Positions 12,248 to 23,702 of a stretch of 64,000 nucleotides of DNA are shown piece after piece. The notes under the pieces are model-generated. The model worked only from the letters and a program-made list of their open reading frames with translations, did no database searches and was not told the DNA's origin. The DNA lies in the NCBI GenBank assembly GCA_030167865.1, contig JALAGF010004003.1, forward strand, positions 1 through 64,000, in the 5' to 3' direction. This DNA is from Craspedostauros australis (Eukaryota). The translations under genes were made by a program, and so were the position numbers. The number at the start of each line of letters is the position of its first letter. Positions within the stretch are counted from its first letter, which is position 1.

Positions 12248-14571
12248 TGTGTATGTGTTTGTTTGGGTTGGAGAGTGGTGTGGTGTGGTTGTGATTGTGT
12301 TGAGGCGATTGTGTTGCTCAGGATTTGATTTTATGAGAGGAAGGAGGATGGTTGTTGGCGAATGCGCGGTGTTCCGCACAACAGCCATGATCACGAACGA
12401 AGCGCACGCACATCCACCACGACGTGTACGCGGTGGCAATGCGCGCTGGCGACAAAACAAAAACGCTTCTATCATCCACCACGGCTCGCACGAGCGCAAA
12501 AACCACAAAGACCAACTGACAACGAACGAAAACCAAAAGACTAAACGCGGCAACCGCCCAGATACCAGCGAGAAGTACGCGAAAGGAGGGAGGAAGAAGA
12601 AGGAAGAGAAGGCGGAGTCACCACGCTTCTACCCAACCACAACCAAGGACGTAACTCTTCTTCGTGCATTACTACGCAGAGACGTTGGCGAGATGTATCC
12701 GGCGCCACTTTCCGAAACGTCGTGGGCCACCATCAGCACCAAAAAGTCAATACCACGAACACGACCGCCCACAGAATAAGCGGAACCACGCGCACGAACT
12801 TCCACCTTCGCACACCGAAGACAATCGCACACGGCTGAAAACAAGGCCAAAAAAGCACCAACGGAACGAATGCAATCGAGAATTCAGGCGAAAGCCAACA
12901 CAACACAGGCGGGTCATGACGCCAAAACCGAACGACAAAGAGAAATGCGCCACCTCTGATGCGAAAGACTCACTGCGATACAACCTCGCGAAAAGTCAAG
13001 GACGAACAACCGACAAGTGGGAAAACCGGTGGACGGAAGGCTAAGTGTCGGGTTACAATACATGTAATAAGTGCAGCAATCGTGGGCGGACACCTGCCAC
13101 AAGATGTGGCAAGAGTGCGCATACTGCGCGCGACGGGCAGTTGCTCGAGATTGACACTCACCATCTTGTTTTGGTAGCCTTTGTCACTTCGACATCGGGC
13201 CCAACTGGAATGTCAAGCTGAGGAACAAGGCATGGGGCTCTTTGTCAATTAGAGCCTGTTGTGGGGCCGTTGAAGCACAGTGCCTGTCATGCCGTTTCGA
13301 CCAGCATACCAAGGGACAGAATGTCATCCCCGAAGATGGATTCGTCCCCTCTATGTGTTTTTCCGTGAGGGTGCAATGGGCCTGATGACACAAGATCCAT
13401 GCCCCTTCAACAATGTCAACTCGCACTTGTTCGTGGAAGTTGAAACCAACCCAAGACAAACTGCATGAACTATGAGCGAGTGAGAACCAGACCCGGTTTT
13501 GATGCAAGTCATGCATGTTGCGTTCAAAGTTCGCAACACCAGACGTGTGATAAAAATTCGGGGGTGTCCATGCCCCCTCATCTACGTCCGAGAATTCTGT
13601 TGTGGACTACTCCACTCTACTTATTGAAAGACACGTCATCACGAATCATCATGGACTGATTCGTGGTTGGATGAAAGGGGCCTGAAGAAGTCCTATTTTG
13701 TGGTTGTCTCTCCAATCCCGCCATGACTTCTGAGGTATCACAGTGTGGACGAGAATACCATCATTGGTACCAGTGCTTGTGGTGAAGCCGTTTGTTCGAG
13801 TGGACCGTTTTCATTCCCACCACAAGTCGTCACGAATTATCGAACACAAATGCACTAACGAACACCGAAGTTCGAAGAAGTGTGAGCCAAACGGGACCAA
13901 GAATGGTTGGAGTGCTTGCGGGATCCAGATTCAAATCCCGCCAAGTAACACAACAAGAAACAACGCGTGAGACTTTTTCTGCACCACCGAACAGCGCCGA
14001 ACGCAAGCACAGTTCCGCTTGCAACCATGGCGGTCACAACGAACGGCACAGAGATCAGCTGAAGCGATCACCAGTGAGCACGGCAACATCGCAAACAGCA
14101 CGAGCCAAAGTCGAGTTGCGCACAAGCACTTGTGTCCGTAGTCGTACCAATAGAATCTGTCAGTAGTTCGTACGGCCAACTCCATCTGAAGCTGTGACCA
14201 AAACTCTGCTGAGAGCATCATTGCATCAGGAGACACATCGCACATCATCACCCCGTCCGTATCCAAAGACTCACAGGTATTTGCCACCACAACAACGGCA
14301 ACGACAGCAACGACAGCAACAGAGAATAGCACGAACGCAAACGGGAACTAGAGCACAGCACAGCATTGCGTAGCGTAGCGTTTGCCGAGCAGTCCCAGCA
14401 ACAGTCTCAGCAACAGCATCAAATACTCTAACGGAGTCTACACACTAGAGACCAGAAAAGAAGCAAGAGGAGCAACCGACTCCAATCATACGCCGTTCAT
14501 ACGCCAATCATAGGTCGTACGCCCTTTATATTCTACCATTCTAATATTTTACTCATATCAGCGCGCACAAG

Positions 14572-16986
14572 ATGGACGCCACCGGCTACCCATTGAAGGA
14601 CATCCCACAACCCCATGCCCACGATGTGCTGTGCGGCAGAGGCGGAGGCACCAACAACCACATCGGCAACTCCCACTGGAGGATGCTGGTGGCCGCCAAC
14701 AAGCAGCTGTACATCACTCTGCCCAAGCGGCAGAAGATGCTGCTGTCCAGGAGCATAGTCAACGCGGTGCGCAGCCAGAACCCTCCGGGACGCTTCCTGC
14801 AGAAGGACGCCAAGTCCAGCCTCTGGTTCGACGTCGGGGATCAGAGGGCGCAGGAGAAGACGTCGCAGGCGCTGCGCGAGGGCGCTCCGGACATCCGCAA
14901 CAAGCTGGCGCAGCAGAAGAAGGTCCCCGCGGACGCACCTGCGGATACCGTCAATTCGGCCTCCAAGCCTGCGCCAGCTGACGCGAAGGAGGCGTCCGTC
15001 AGCCCCTCCCCGACGGCAGCGACGAGCAGGCAGCAGAGCAAGAGCGGTTCCGTCAGCGCCAACAGCGTCGGCAACACCAGCACGGCCAGCACCAACGTCC
15101 ATCCGCCGGCGGCAGTCTCGGCGCAAGTCTCCGCTGCTTCCAACCAGGGTGGGTACAGCCAGATGAATGGCGGGCACGGCATGCCGCCCATGGCACCGCC
15201 AGCTCAGATGCAGGCCATGGCGGCAATGCAGCAGCAACAACAGCAGCAACACAACAATAACAACACGAACAACAACAATGGCAACGGCAACATGTTCATG
15301 GATCCAAACATGATGGGACAGGCACAGCAGCAGCAAGGGCAATTCATGACCGGTGGTGCAAACAATGCCATGGGCATGCAATCCACCCAGCTCAACAACC
15401 CGCAGGTGTCCGGAACCGTGGTCAGGGGTGCACCGGGCACGCCCAACGCTGGTCAGATGATGTACTACGCGGGTCCCAACATGGCGCCGATGCCCGTCTA
15501 TCCGACCATGATCCTCAACGAACAAGGTCAGATGGTCCCCGCCATGTCCGTCGTGCCACCCATGATGACGGGGCAGATGATGCAACAACAACAACAGAAC
15601 GCCGGTGGATCTGCCATGGCATCGAACAACAACAACAACACCACCATTGATCCCATCGCGTTAAATTCTGCAGAATCGGCGTCGTCCGTTGCAACGCCGA
15701 AGCACCAGTCCAACCTCAGCCATCCGCACTCGCAGAACGCAATGCAGCAACAACAGCAATTGCAGCAGCTGTACCAAAAGAGCCGAGTATCCAACAGAAC
15801 CTCCATGAACCAAGGCCAGCAAGGACAAGGCAACAACAACAGCAACAACAACAACGGTACATACGCTGGCGCGCAGGGCGGCAAATCGGATGGTGTCATG
15901 AACTTTGAAGATTACATAGCGATGCTGCCACCGGATGCCCTGGAACCGGCCGGTCTGTCATTCGGTTCCGTCACAATGACAGATGCGGAGCAATCCAAGC
16001 TCGAGTCCACGGGCACTTCCTTCGGTTCCATCATGTCTTACAAGCCCATTAACTTTGGAGGATCCAACGCAAACAACCGACAAGAACAGGTCGCATTCTT
16101 CAACCAACAAAGGCAGCAACAACAGCAGCAGCAGCAGCAGGGAGGCAAACCACAACATGGCGACAACAGCAACAACAACAATGCGCCTGCCGCACCCGGG
16201 GAAGCGGGTGTGCCGCAGGCGCTGGATGGTCTGGAACCGACCGGCATTTCGTTCGGCGACATGTCGATGATGAGCGTTGGAACGAACAAAAAGCTGGAAG
16301 ACACGGGGACCTCCTTCGGTTCCATGATGAGTTACAACACGATCCGTGCAGACGCGGTCGACGGCGGGTTGGAGGCCATCGGCGCGTCCTTCGGCGAGCT
16401 ATCCATCGACACGACCTCCAAGGAGAAGCTCTTCCAATCCCTCGAACTGGCGGCGGCAGGACCAGAAGTCCCACCCATGTTCCCAGAAACGCAGGCCAGA
16501 TCCACAGCCAACCTCCTCGAATGCTCCGACACGGAATCCGAAACATCGCAGGACAAGCAGGTCCTGCAGGCGCAGAAAAGTGCGGCATGGGAGAAGCTGC
16601 AGGAAAAGTTCGCCCTGCAGACGACGCAGCCAGAAACGGGCGACGAAATGCCGCCACCGCCTGGTGGCATGCCCAGCAACGGACCCACCTTCGTCATGAC
16701 GGGCATGCCGGGACAGTTGGCCATCCCGTCCGCCGCCAACTTTGGACGCAACTTTTCGCAGCTCTCTGCGTTCAGCGTCGGCAACAATGCGGCAGCGAAC
16801 GGCCAGGAACAATATCCCGGAGAATCGAGGCCAGCGGACGATGACGAGGATGAAATTGCGGCCGTGCCTCCACCGCCGCCGCCCATGGCGAAGCATGATG
16901 ATGAAGGTGAACAATTGGAACGGTATTATTTGCAGCGTGGCAATTCGTTGGGTGAAGAATTCGAGGGTAATCGAGCAAGTGTATAG
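14572..16986 (+). CDS. DUF6824-domain protein with Q/N-rich disordered tail (putative regulator)
   Basis: N-terminal HDVLCGRGGGTNNHIGN...IVNAVRSQNPPGRFL...WFDVGD..A.EKTSQALRE is the diatom-expanded DUF6824 signature. ORF is 804 aa and uninterrupted. Confidence 0.85.
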   Translation: MDATGYPLKDIPQPHAHDVLCGRGGGTNNHIGNSHWRMLVAANKQLYITLPKRQKMLLSRSIVNAVRSQNPPGRFLQKDAKSSLWFDVGDQRAQEKTSQALREGAPDIRNKLAQQKKVPADAPADTVNSASKPAPADAKEASVSPSPTAATSRQQSKSGSVSANSVGNTSTASTNVHPPAAVSAQVSAASNQGGYSQMNGGHGMPPMAPPAQMQAMAAMQQQQQQQHNNNNTNNNNGNGNMFMDPNMMGQAQQQQGQFMTGGANNAMGMQSTQLNNPQVSGTVVRGAPGTPNAGQMMYYAGPNMAPMPVYPTMILNEQGQMVPAMSVVPPMMTGQMMQQQQQNAGGSAMASNNNNNTTIDPIALNSAESASSVATPKHQSNLSHPHSQNAMQQQQQLQQLYQKSRVSNRTSMNQGQQGQGNNNSNNNNGTYAGAQGGKSDGVMNFEDYIAMLPPDALEPAGLSFGSVTMTDAEQSKLESTGTSFGSIMSYKPINFGGSNANNRQEQVAFFNQQRQQQQQQQQQGGKPQHGDNSNNNNAPAAPGEAGVPQALDGLEPTGISFGDMSMMSVGTNKKLEDTGTSFGSMMSYNTIRADAVDGGLEAIGASFGELSIDTTSKEKLFQSLELAAAGPEVPPMFPETQARSTANLLECSDTESETSQDKQVLQAQKSAAWEKLQEKFALQTTQPETGDEMPPPPGGMPSNGPTFVMTGMPGQLAIPSAANFGRNFSQLSAFSVGNNAAANGQEQYPGESRPADDDEDEIAAVPPPPPPMAKHDDEGEQLERYYLQRGNSLGEEFEGNRASV

Positions 16987-17322
16987 AGACAATTATGTAG
17001 GCATGATATCGCGAAAGCACCCGCACAGTACCATTCTAGTATCTGTAGCGAGTAACACGAAGACGCAAGCATTGATCGCTGTTGCTGTTGTACCAAACGA
17101 TACAATTGCATGTATTATACGTTCTTTACTTTGCCATTCATGTTTGTTTGAATGTGGAATAGAATGATGAGCGTTACCTGCAATACTATTAGTACTTTAC
17201 TTGGGACATGACTCGACTCTCAGCTCTTGCAGAATACACTACCATACTCCACGATATATAATGACAACCAAAGCACGCTCTTTGGTATGGTACTTGCATT
17301 GTATGGCACTAGCACGACCCTG

Positions 17323-19701
17323 CTATGACGTTTCTTTCGTCTCGGCACCGTCCTGCACCACCCGCTCCTGTTCCGTGGAGATGACGTTGAGCATTTCGTC
17401 CATCTCTTGATCCTTGAGAACGACGGAATTGTACAAACTGCTCTTCGAGATCTCGGTGCCCACCGACGAGGCAAAATTGGAGCACTCCGCCATCATCTCG
17501 TTGACGTACGTGTAGAGGTAGGTGATGAAGCTGTCGTTCGTGGTTGCTCTGCTCGTCGTTGTTGTGGGCGTCGTGTACTGGCACATCTTGATGCATTGTT
17601 CCATGAAATCGTCGGGCAGGACGGATCGCTCCGTCGACGATGATATCGATGAGGCATCGGAAGATGCCATGTCGGTCAATGTTCGGACGTCATCCGCGTT
17701 GTTGTTGGTGTTGATGTTGCTGCGTGTGGGTGTCAGGATTTCTTCCTTTTCTTCTCCTTCCGATGGCGCCTTGATGACGAGGGCAGCGTCGTTGCTTTCG
17801 GCCGTCTCCGGCGTGCCAATGTCCACCTCTTCCATGTCTGCTGCCTGCTCCATGTCGGCTGCCTGTTCTGTAGGTGGCTCTGCGTCTACATCCGGTTCCG
17901 TGATATTGGCCGCTGCTTCCTTCGATGCAACCTGTTGCTGTTGCTGCCGCGCGGGTGACGCGAAGACGCTGTTGGTGAGCTCGCTGGTGGGACTTTGGCT
18001 GCGCTGCACGGCGACATCGACGAAGGGCGTCGCACCGGGGTTGTTGGTGACGAAGGCGTCCAATCCCGCAAAGATATCGTCGTCTTCGTCGTGGCCCATA
18101 TCCTTGTTGTACTTGTCGTGCTTTGAGTTGAGGATGCTGCTGAGCATCTGCGGCAGGTACTTGACGGCGCCCGATTCGTCGGGGGAGAATTGCGTGCCGA
18201 AGAGCATGGAGTCTGTGGAGTCGCTGTTGCCGGAGAGTTTGGATTCGCCGAATATGGTGCTGCCGGCCAGCGTGCTTCTGTCGGTTGCGGCGTTATTATT
18301 GTGAGCGTTGTTGTGAGGAGCATCCTTTGTTGGTGACACGACAGGAACGCCATTGGTGTTGGATGCCGCCTGCGGCTGATCGTTGGATGATTCATCGAAG
18401 GGCGTTGCGTCCGTATCCACCCTGCGAGCATCCACATCCGCGATATTGCCATAATCATCATTCTGATTCTGGATCATATTGGGCGTAGTGCTGTTGCCAT
18501 TGCTGTTGCCATTGCTGTTGCTGGTCTTATGTTGTTGACGATGAGTAGTGGATTCCACCGAATCGGAATCGATGGACAAGACATCGAAGAGCTCATTGGG
18601 ATTGCTGCTCTTCTTGTTCTTTCTGCTGGCTCTCCTGGAAGCCTTGTCGTTGCTTTTGCCTTTGGCATTGTTGGTATCATTGTTGGCGGTGGGATCGTTG
18701 TTGTCGTCGTTGTTGTCGTTGGTGTCCTGAGTCCTGCTGCCATCCACACTGCCGATACTGCTGGAGATGGAATTTGACGCAAGCGACAGAACGCCGTCGA
18801 TACTGGCCTCAAGCTCGTCAAAGATGTCATTGACGAAGTACTGGCTGGCCTGCTCATCGAGCTTCTCGAGCTGCTGATTGAGCGGCGTCGACGATTCGAT
18901 GATCTTGGACCTCTTCTTCTTCTTGCGCTTCTTGGAGACCTCCTTGGCGTAGACCAGCTCCTCTACTTGATCGTGCCATCGCACGTGGTTGGAAGCCGCC
19001 GGCAACGAGGCCGCGTCGATATCCGCCTCGCTGAAGGGCGCGCCAAAGGCATCGGCGTGCAGATCGTCGTTGCGCATGGCGGTGTCGCGGCGCAAGCCAT
19101 GCTGGTGGTACTCGTCGCGCCAATCGTCATCGGATATGATCTCGTAGGCCATGCTGACGGCCTGGAACCGCGTCTTGGTGAGGGAGGAGACGTCGTCGCC
19201 GACGCTGCGGCTGCTCTGCAGGACGACGTCGCCGCCATTGCAATTGGACTCGGCCAGGACCTCCCTGCCGCGCTTGAAGTAGGCGATGCGCACTTGGCGC
19301 TGCGTGGCCGTCTCGGGCAGATGCAGCACGTCGGTGTAGAGGTTGACGTTGCTTCCGAAGCCCTTGACGATGGTGCGGATGTAGCTTTGGGGGATGCTGC
19401 TCATTGTGTTGCTGTTGCCATTGCTGTTCTTGCCATTGCTGTTCTTGCCATTGCCATTGCCTTTATTAGCATTGTCAGGAGTGATGACGGATGGCTTGAG
19501 GATGCCCTTGCTGACGGTGCTGTTGCTGGAGGAGGAGATGCCTGTGTTCACGCTCAAGTTGCTGCTCAAGTTGCTGCTGAAGTGGGCTCCTCCATTGAAC
19601 GCAGTCTTGCCACCCATGTGAGCGCTGCTGATGCAGCTCACGTCGTCTGCGTCGGCTGGTTCCGCAACGGCCGGCTTGGTTACTTGTGGCGCGTCCACCA
19701 T
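17323..19701 (-). CDS. J-domain-like protein (no HPD motif) with long acidic/low-complexity region
   Basis: LYTDVLHL...ATQRQVRIAY...TRFQAVSMAYEIISDDDWRDEY matches DnaJ helices, but HPD is absent. ORF is ~790 aa. Confidence 0.7.
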   Translation of the reverse strand: MVDAPQVTKPAVAEPADADDVSCISSAHMGGKTAFNGGAHFSSNLSSNLSVNTGISSSSNSTVSKGILKPSVITPDNANKGNGNGKNSNGKNSNGNSNTMSSIPQSYIRTIVKGFGSNVNLYTDVLHLPETATQRQVRIAYFKRGREVLAESNCNGGDVVLQSSRSVGDDVSSLTKTRFQAVSMAYEIISDDDWRDEYHQHGLRRDTAMRNDDLHADAFGAPFSEADIDAASLPAASNHVRWHDQVEELVYAKEVSKKRKKKKRSKIIESSTPLNQQLEKLDEQASQYFVNDIFDELEASIDGVLSLASNSISSSIGSVDGSRTQDTNDNNDDNNDPTANNDTNNAKGKSNDKASRRASRKNKKSSNPNELFDVLSIDSDSVESTTHRQQHKTSNSNGNSNGNSTTPNMIQNQNDDYGNIADVDARRVDTDATPFDESSNDQPQAASNTNGVPVVSPTKDAPHNNAHNNNAATDRSTLAGSTIFGESKLSGNSDSTDSMLFGTQFSPDESGAVKYLPQMLSSILNSKHDKYNKDMGHDEDDDIFAGLDAFVTNNPGATPFVDVAVQRSQSPTSELTNSVFASPARQQQQQVASKEAAANITEPDVDAEPPTEQAADMEQAADMEEVDIGTPETAESNDAALVIKAPSEGEEKEEILTPTRSNINTNNNADDVRTLTDMASSDASSISSSTERSVLPDDFMEQCIKMCQYTTPTTTTSRATTNDSFITYLYTYVNEMMAECSNFASSVGTEISKSSLYNSVVLKDQEMDEMLNVISTEQERVVQDGAETKETS

Positions 19702-20673
19702 TGCAACAATCATCTTGTTCTGTGTGTTTCTGTGTGTTGTTGTGTTGTTGTGTTGTGCTGCTGGATGAGGTGATGATCAATGATCAATGATCAATCAGCA
19801 GAGCGCGATGCAGATGCAGTGCTATGAAACGACCTATTACACGCACTACCAGTGATGCTTCTCTTGCTACTATATCAACTTGTCGTCTTGTCTTGTCTTG
19901 TCTTGGCTCGACCTTCGTTCCACTCTTGGCTTTGTCACTTCTTCCTCCGCTCTCCTGTTTGTCATATAATATTGTAGTAATAGTAATAGTAATAGCAATA
20001 GTACTATACTACTGCAGTTCACGAGTCCAAGAACAAGTACAACCACAAGTGCCTCTTGTCACCCTCTCCTCTCTTGTGATTGCCCAATGCTTCTCGCTTC
20101 CTCTCTCTCCCTCTCCCTCTTTCTGCACGAGCACCTCGAACGTCTTCTCCTCTTCTTCGACTCCTCCACAACCGTTTCTCCCTCTTTTTCCATTCCTTGT
20201 TCCCTTGCCTCACCCTTGTGCTCTCGCGATGATCATCACCAACCGCACCAGTTTTGTTTCCAAAATGTGTCATGCCCGCCCACTCGCGACTTCCGCGGCG
20301 CGCACCTCCATTTTTTATCTAACGGAGACGTTATCGCAGGGCCAATGGCACGCACGAGAACGGAAACAGAAGACAAGCGGGACACACCACTTTTTGGCGC
20401 CAATTTTTGGTGTGGTTCGTAAATTCACACACAGGCGCGTGCCAGTGGCGGGAAGTACTGGGCTTGGTGATGGTGTTGGCCTTCACTCATTCTTCACTCT
20501 GTCATCAATTGCATCGGTTGTTCTAGGTTTGGTGCTTCAACTTGGAATGTAATTCTTAAATATAGTATTCTAGCTCTTACCAAAGAATAAAATAGAGGAT
20601 GTGAAATGACAAGGTATGGCACTCCACTCTGTTCACTCTTAGCTCTGTCTCTTGCTTATCGCATGCCACACCT

Positions 20674-21750
20674 TCACACGCGATCGCGTGGCGTCGAGAG
20701 ATCACCGAAGACACCATCGTACAGCTGGATCTCACCGTTGGCCGAGTACGCCTTCATCATCAGAGGTTGGAAGTAGTCCTCGCCCTTCGACATGCCCAAC
20801 CCGCGCCCGCGATGCACGATGACGCCGCCCAGAACGGTGATCTCGCTCACCGTGTTCCAGATGTTGGGTTGCGACAGAATCTCGTCCTTCATCTGCTGCT
20901 GCACACTCTCGGCGCAGACATCGTACATGCCCAACACGGCGGATGCCACGACGTCGTTGTGGTTGCCGTTCGTCTTGGCCACGATCTTGCCGACGTCACC
21001 GCTCTTCGTGCCTGCCACGACATCCGACAGCAACCGCGACGACGGCGATGGCGCGGATTGTCCGAACCGTTCCACCTGTCCCAGCACGCCGTTCGTATCG
21101 ATGCCGACATCGGGCGCCACGATGATCAGAAGCTTGTCGTTGCCATTGCCGGGACAATGCGAAATGAATTCGGACACACCGGGCGCCGCGATGTCCATAG
21201 CAAATACGCCGGTATCGACATTGAGCAACTTGCTCTGCAAACTGGGAATCAAACTGCCCGGCGTGTCGTTCAGTTCGTTGCCAGTCAGCGCCGCCGCGAT
21301 CATGGTGTTGTACGGGAAGTACCCGCGCTTGCGCAACGTCCCCGCCACGCGCAGGTTGATGACAGAGCTCGTGAGGGATCCGCCGTAGTACTGGCCACGC
21401 GATGCTTCGAAGGCCTGCGGGATGGATTGCAGGGCCATGGCGGACTGCGGCGCGGTCATGGCGAGCAGCGGCAGCAGGATGCGGGCTTGGCGCGGTGTCA
21501 TTTGTCCGTGCGCGGGTTCGAAGGGTGTGATGTTGTTGCTATTGTTGTCATTATCGTGATTATTGCTGTTGTCGTCGTTGGAAACGGCCGAGCATCGGCT
21601 GGTGGATGACTGTGCCCATTTCGCAACGCGGTTTGTTGAGAATGCTTGCACCGTCCACGAGTTCGATGGAGAAGGAACAATTCCGATCAATGCAAGCAAA
21701 GCAAAGGTCAGCATCGCAAGTGCGGATCGATTGGAACGATGGTGCACCAT
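20674..21750 (-). CDS. LCIB / theta-carbonic-anhydrase-like protein, plastid and probably thylakoid-lumen targeted, degenerate active site
   Basis: Signal peptide ending VQA-F, then a transit region, then the hydrophobic RQARILLPLLAMTAPQSAMA. Collinear LCIB-like blocks follow: GY.PYNTMIA..L..NELN, SHCP..., APDVGID..G..G.VERFG, ITVLGGVIV, EDYFQPL. Confidence 0.7.
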   Translation of the reverse strand: MVHHRSNRSALAMLTFALLALIGIVPSPSNSWTVQAFSTNRVAKWAQSSTSRCSAVSNDDNSNNHDNDNNSNNITPFEPAHGQMTPRQARILLPLLAMTAPQSAMALQSIPQAFEASRGQYYGGSLTSSVINLRVAGTLRKRGYFPYNTMIAAALTGNELNDTPGSLIPSLQSKLLNVDTGVFAMDIAAPGVSEFISHCPGNGNDKLLIIVAPDVGIDTNGVLGQVERFGQSAPSPSSRLLSDVVAGTKSGDVGKIVAKTNGNHNDVVASAVLGMYDVCAESVQQQMKDEILSQPNIWNTVSEITVLGGVIVHRGRGLGMSKGEDYFQPLMMKAYSANGEIQLYDGVFGDLSTPRDRV

Positions 21751-21790
21751 GATGGGAATATGGGATGGTGGATTGCAACTGTAGTTGTGA

Positions 21791-21833
21791 GTGCATAGGT
21801 GCATAGGTGCATGAGTGCATGAGTGCATGGGTG
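21791..21833. repeat. Imperfect 8-mer tandem repeat (GTGCATRR) x5
   Basis: gtgcatag gtgcatag gtgcatga gtgcatga gtgcatgg gtg, 40-80 nt upstream of the LCIB-like start codon. Confidence 0.85.
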
Positions 21834-22825
21834 TTGCCAATGATGTTCTTGACACCCACATCATCGGTTTGGATCTATGCCTTGAATTCGAGAAAGATAC
21901 GTTGGGTGTACCAACAGAAGTACTACCCATGAGGTATCTGGATGTTCTTCCGATACGGATGTGTTTGTGGAGAAAGTTGTTCTGTTGCTGACGTTGGTGT
22001 CACCAAGTGGTGGAGTTGGGTGTGCAAACTTGTGCGTGTCTATCCCTCCGGAGAGTATTACCCATCTCGAGAGAGAGAGAGAGAGCAAGAATGGCTTGAT
22101 CGCCTCTACCATCCGCCCCATCTGCAATCTCATGTCCTCCGACAATGATTATGGAAAGATCCGAAACGATTCTCTACAAGCACGAGTATTAGAATGAGTA
22201 ACCTCATTCAATGAGCGTGCAACGATCTTGAGAGACCACCGCGGCTTGGGATCTTTCACTCCTGATGTTGCTCCAGCCCAAATGATGGTGGCGACCTGAT
22301 ACATACAAATACATCATTCTGGAGAGAAATAGCAATCAAAGAAGAGTTATGGTGTTTGCTCATGGAATCTGTAGTTTTAGTTGATGTTAAATCACGCTTG
22401 GTTCCTGTACAAAAAGGAGGAAACAAGATGGAGATGACTTGGAGTGTTCCAATCAAGTCCACTCCACTTCGTTTGCTCCAACAGCAGAGCAGAGGCAGGT
22501 CCCCTCTCGAGCTTCCAGCTGTGCCCGTCGTTGGAGGCATTGCTTGAGGGCCCCGAAAGGGATTGTTGCCCTATCTCCCTGAGTGCGTTTGTTTGTTTGT
22601 TTGCTTTGGTTGGTTCCGCGTCCGAATCGCGTTGTCTGTACACGCTCACGAAGGCGCTGGTTGTGGACATGCGCGCTGCTGTCCACCACGAAGTATCCGT
22701 ATGTTGCCGCATGAACCAATGGGAACGTGAGTGCGTTGTGTCTGTCTGTGTGCAGATGCACGCGATCGTCCGCGGCGATGGTCGGTGATGCGAACACCAC
22801 GTCCCATCACACCAAATCAAGGCGC

Positions 22826-23702
22826 TTAGTCAAGGGAGATGGATCCGGACAGGCATCCGACAAGGGTGAAGAGGCCGAAGGCAGAGATGAAGAGGAGCTG
22901 GAAGCGGTCGGCATCGAGTCCGAATGGGTAGTCTGAGACCTCGATATCGTCGCGGATGCTGGATTGATCGATGTTGGACTTGGCGGATCCAGTCAAGAAG
23001 GCTGGGATTGTGGACTTTTGCTTGCGCTCGAGGACGGTGAGGCCATCATCGTAGGCGAAGTCGGAGGACTTCTTAGCGAGGCGCTGCTTGCCGAGCTCGA
23101 CGTAGTCGAAGTCTGGGACTGGCTCGTTGTTGATGGTTGGGTGGACGAACACCGGGGAGATGGCCTTGTTGCCTCCTCCGCTGATGCTTCCGAGGCTGAA
23201 CTTCTGGGCGTCCGCAGCGAAGGATGGGTATCCCTGGCTGGCTGGTGGGGCCTGCGCATGCGTCCATGAGTTGAATCAATGGTCAATCAATCCATCAATC
23301 AATCAGTTGGATTTGGTGATCGGAACCCCACGCATGATCGTCAGATCAGACCAGCCGAGCGCATGGTGAACGATGATGGGAGGGAATCGGGCAGTTGCAA
23401 GATGGCGGTGAGATGCGATTCCACAGAGCGCTTCAAAGGTGCTTCGATGGAACTACAGCGGGACTTCAACGGAACAACGAACGATGGACCAGTTGCGTCA
23501 CAAATCGCGCACGGGACAGGGACAGCCGCTGACTTACAGATGGGGCTGGGGCGGCCTTGGCTGGAGCAGCCTTCTTTCCGAAGAGACCTCCGGCCTTCTT
23601 TGGGGCGGCCTTCTTGGCGCCGACGGCACGGGTGGCGAATTGTGGGGCGTTGAAGGCGGCGGCGGTGGCCAGGAAGAGGGTAAGGACGGTGGCAGTCTTC
23701 AT
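22826..23702 (-). CDS. Plastid-targeted protein with single C-terminal TM (~196 aa), unknown function; exons 23538-23702, 22826-23251
   Basis: MKTATVLTLFLATAAA-FNAP bipartite signal and K/A-rich N-terminus. GTAAGT...CGCAG intron joins PAPS|APPASQGYPSF in frame. TM is FQLLFISAFGLFTLVGCL. Confidence 0.82.
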
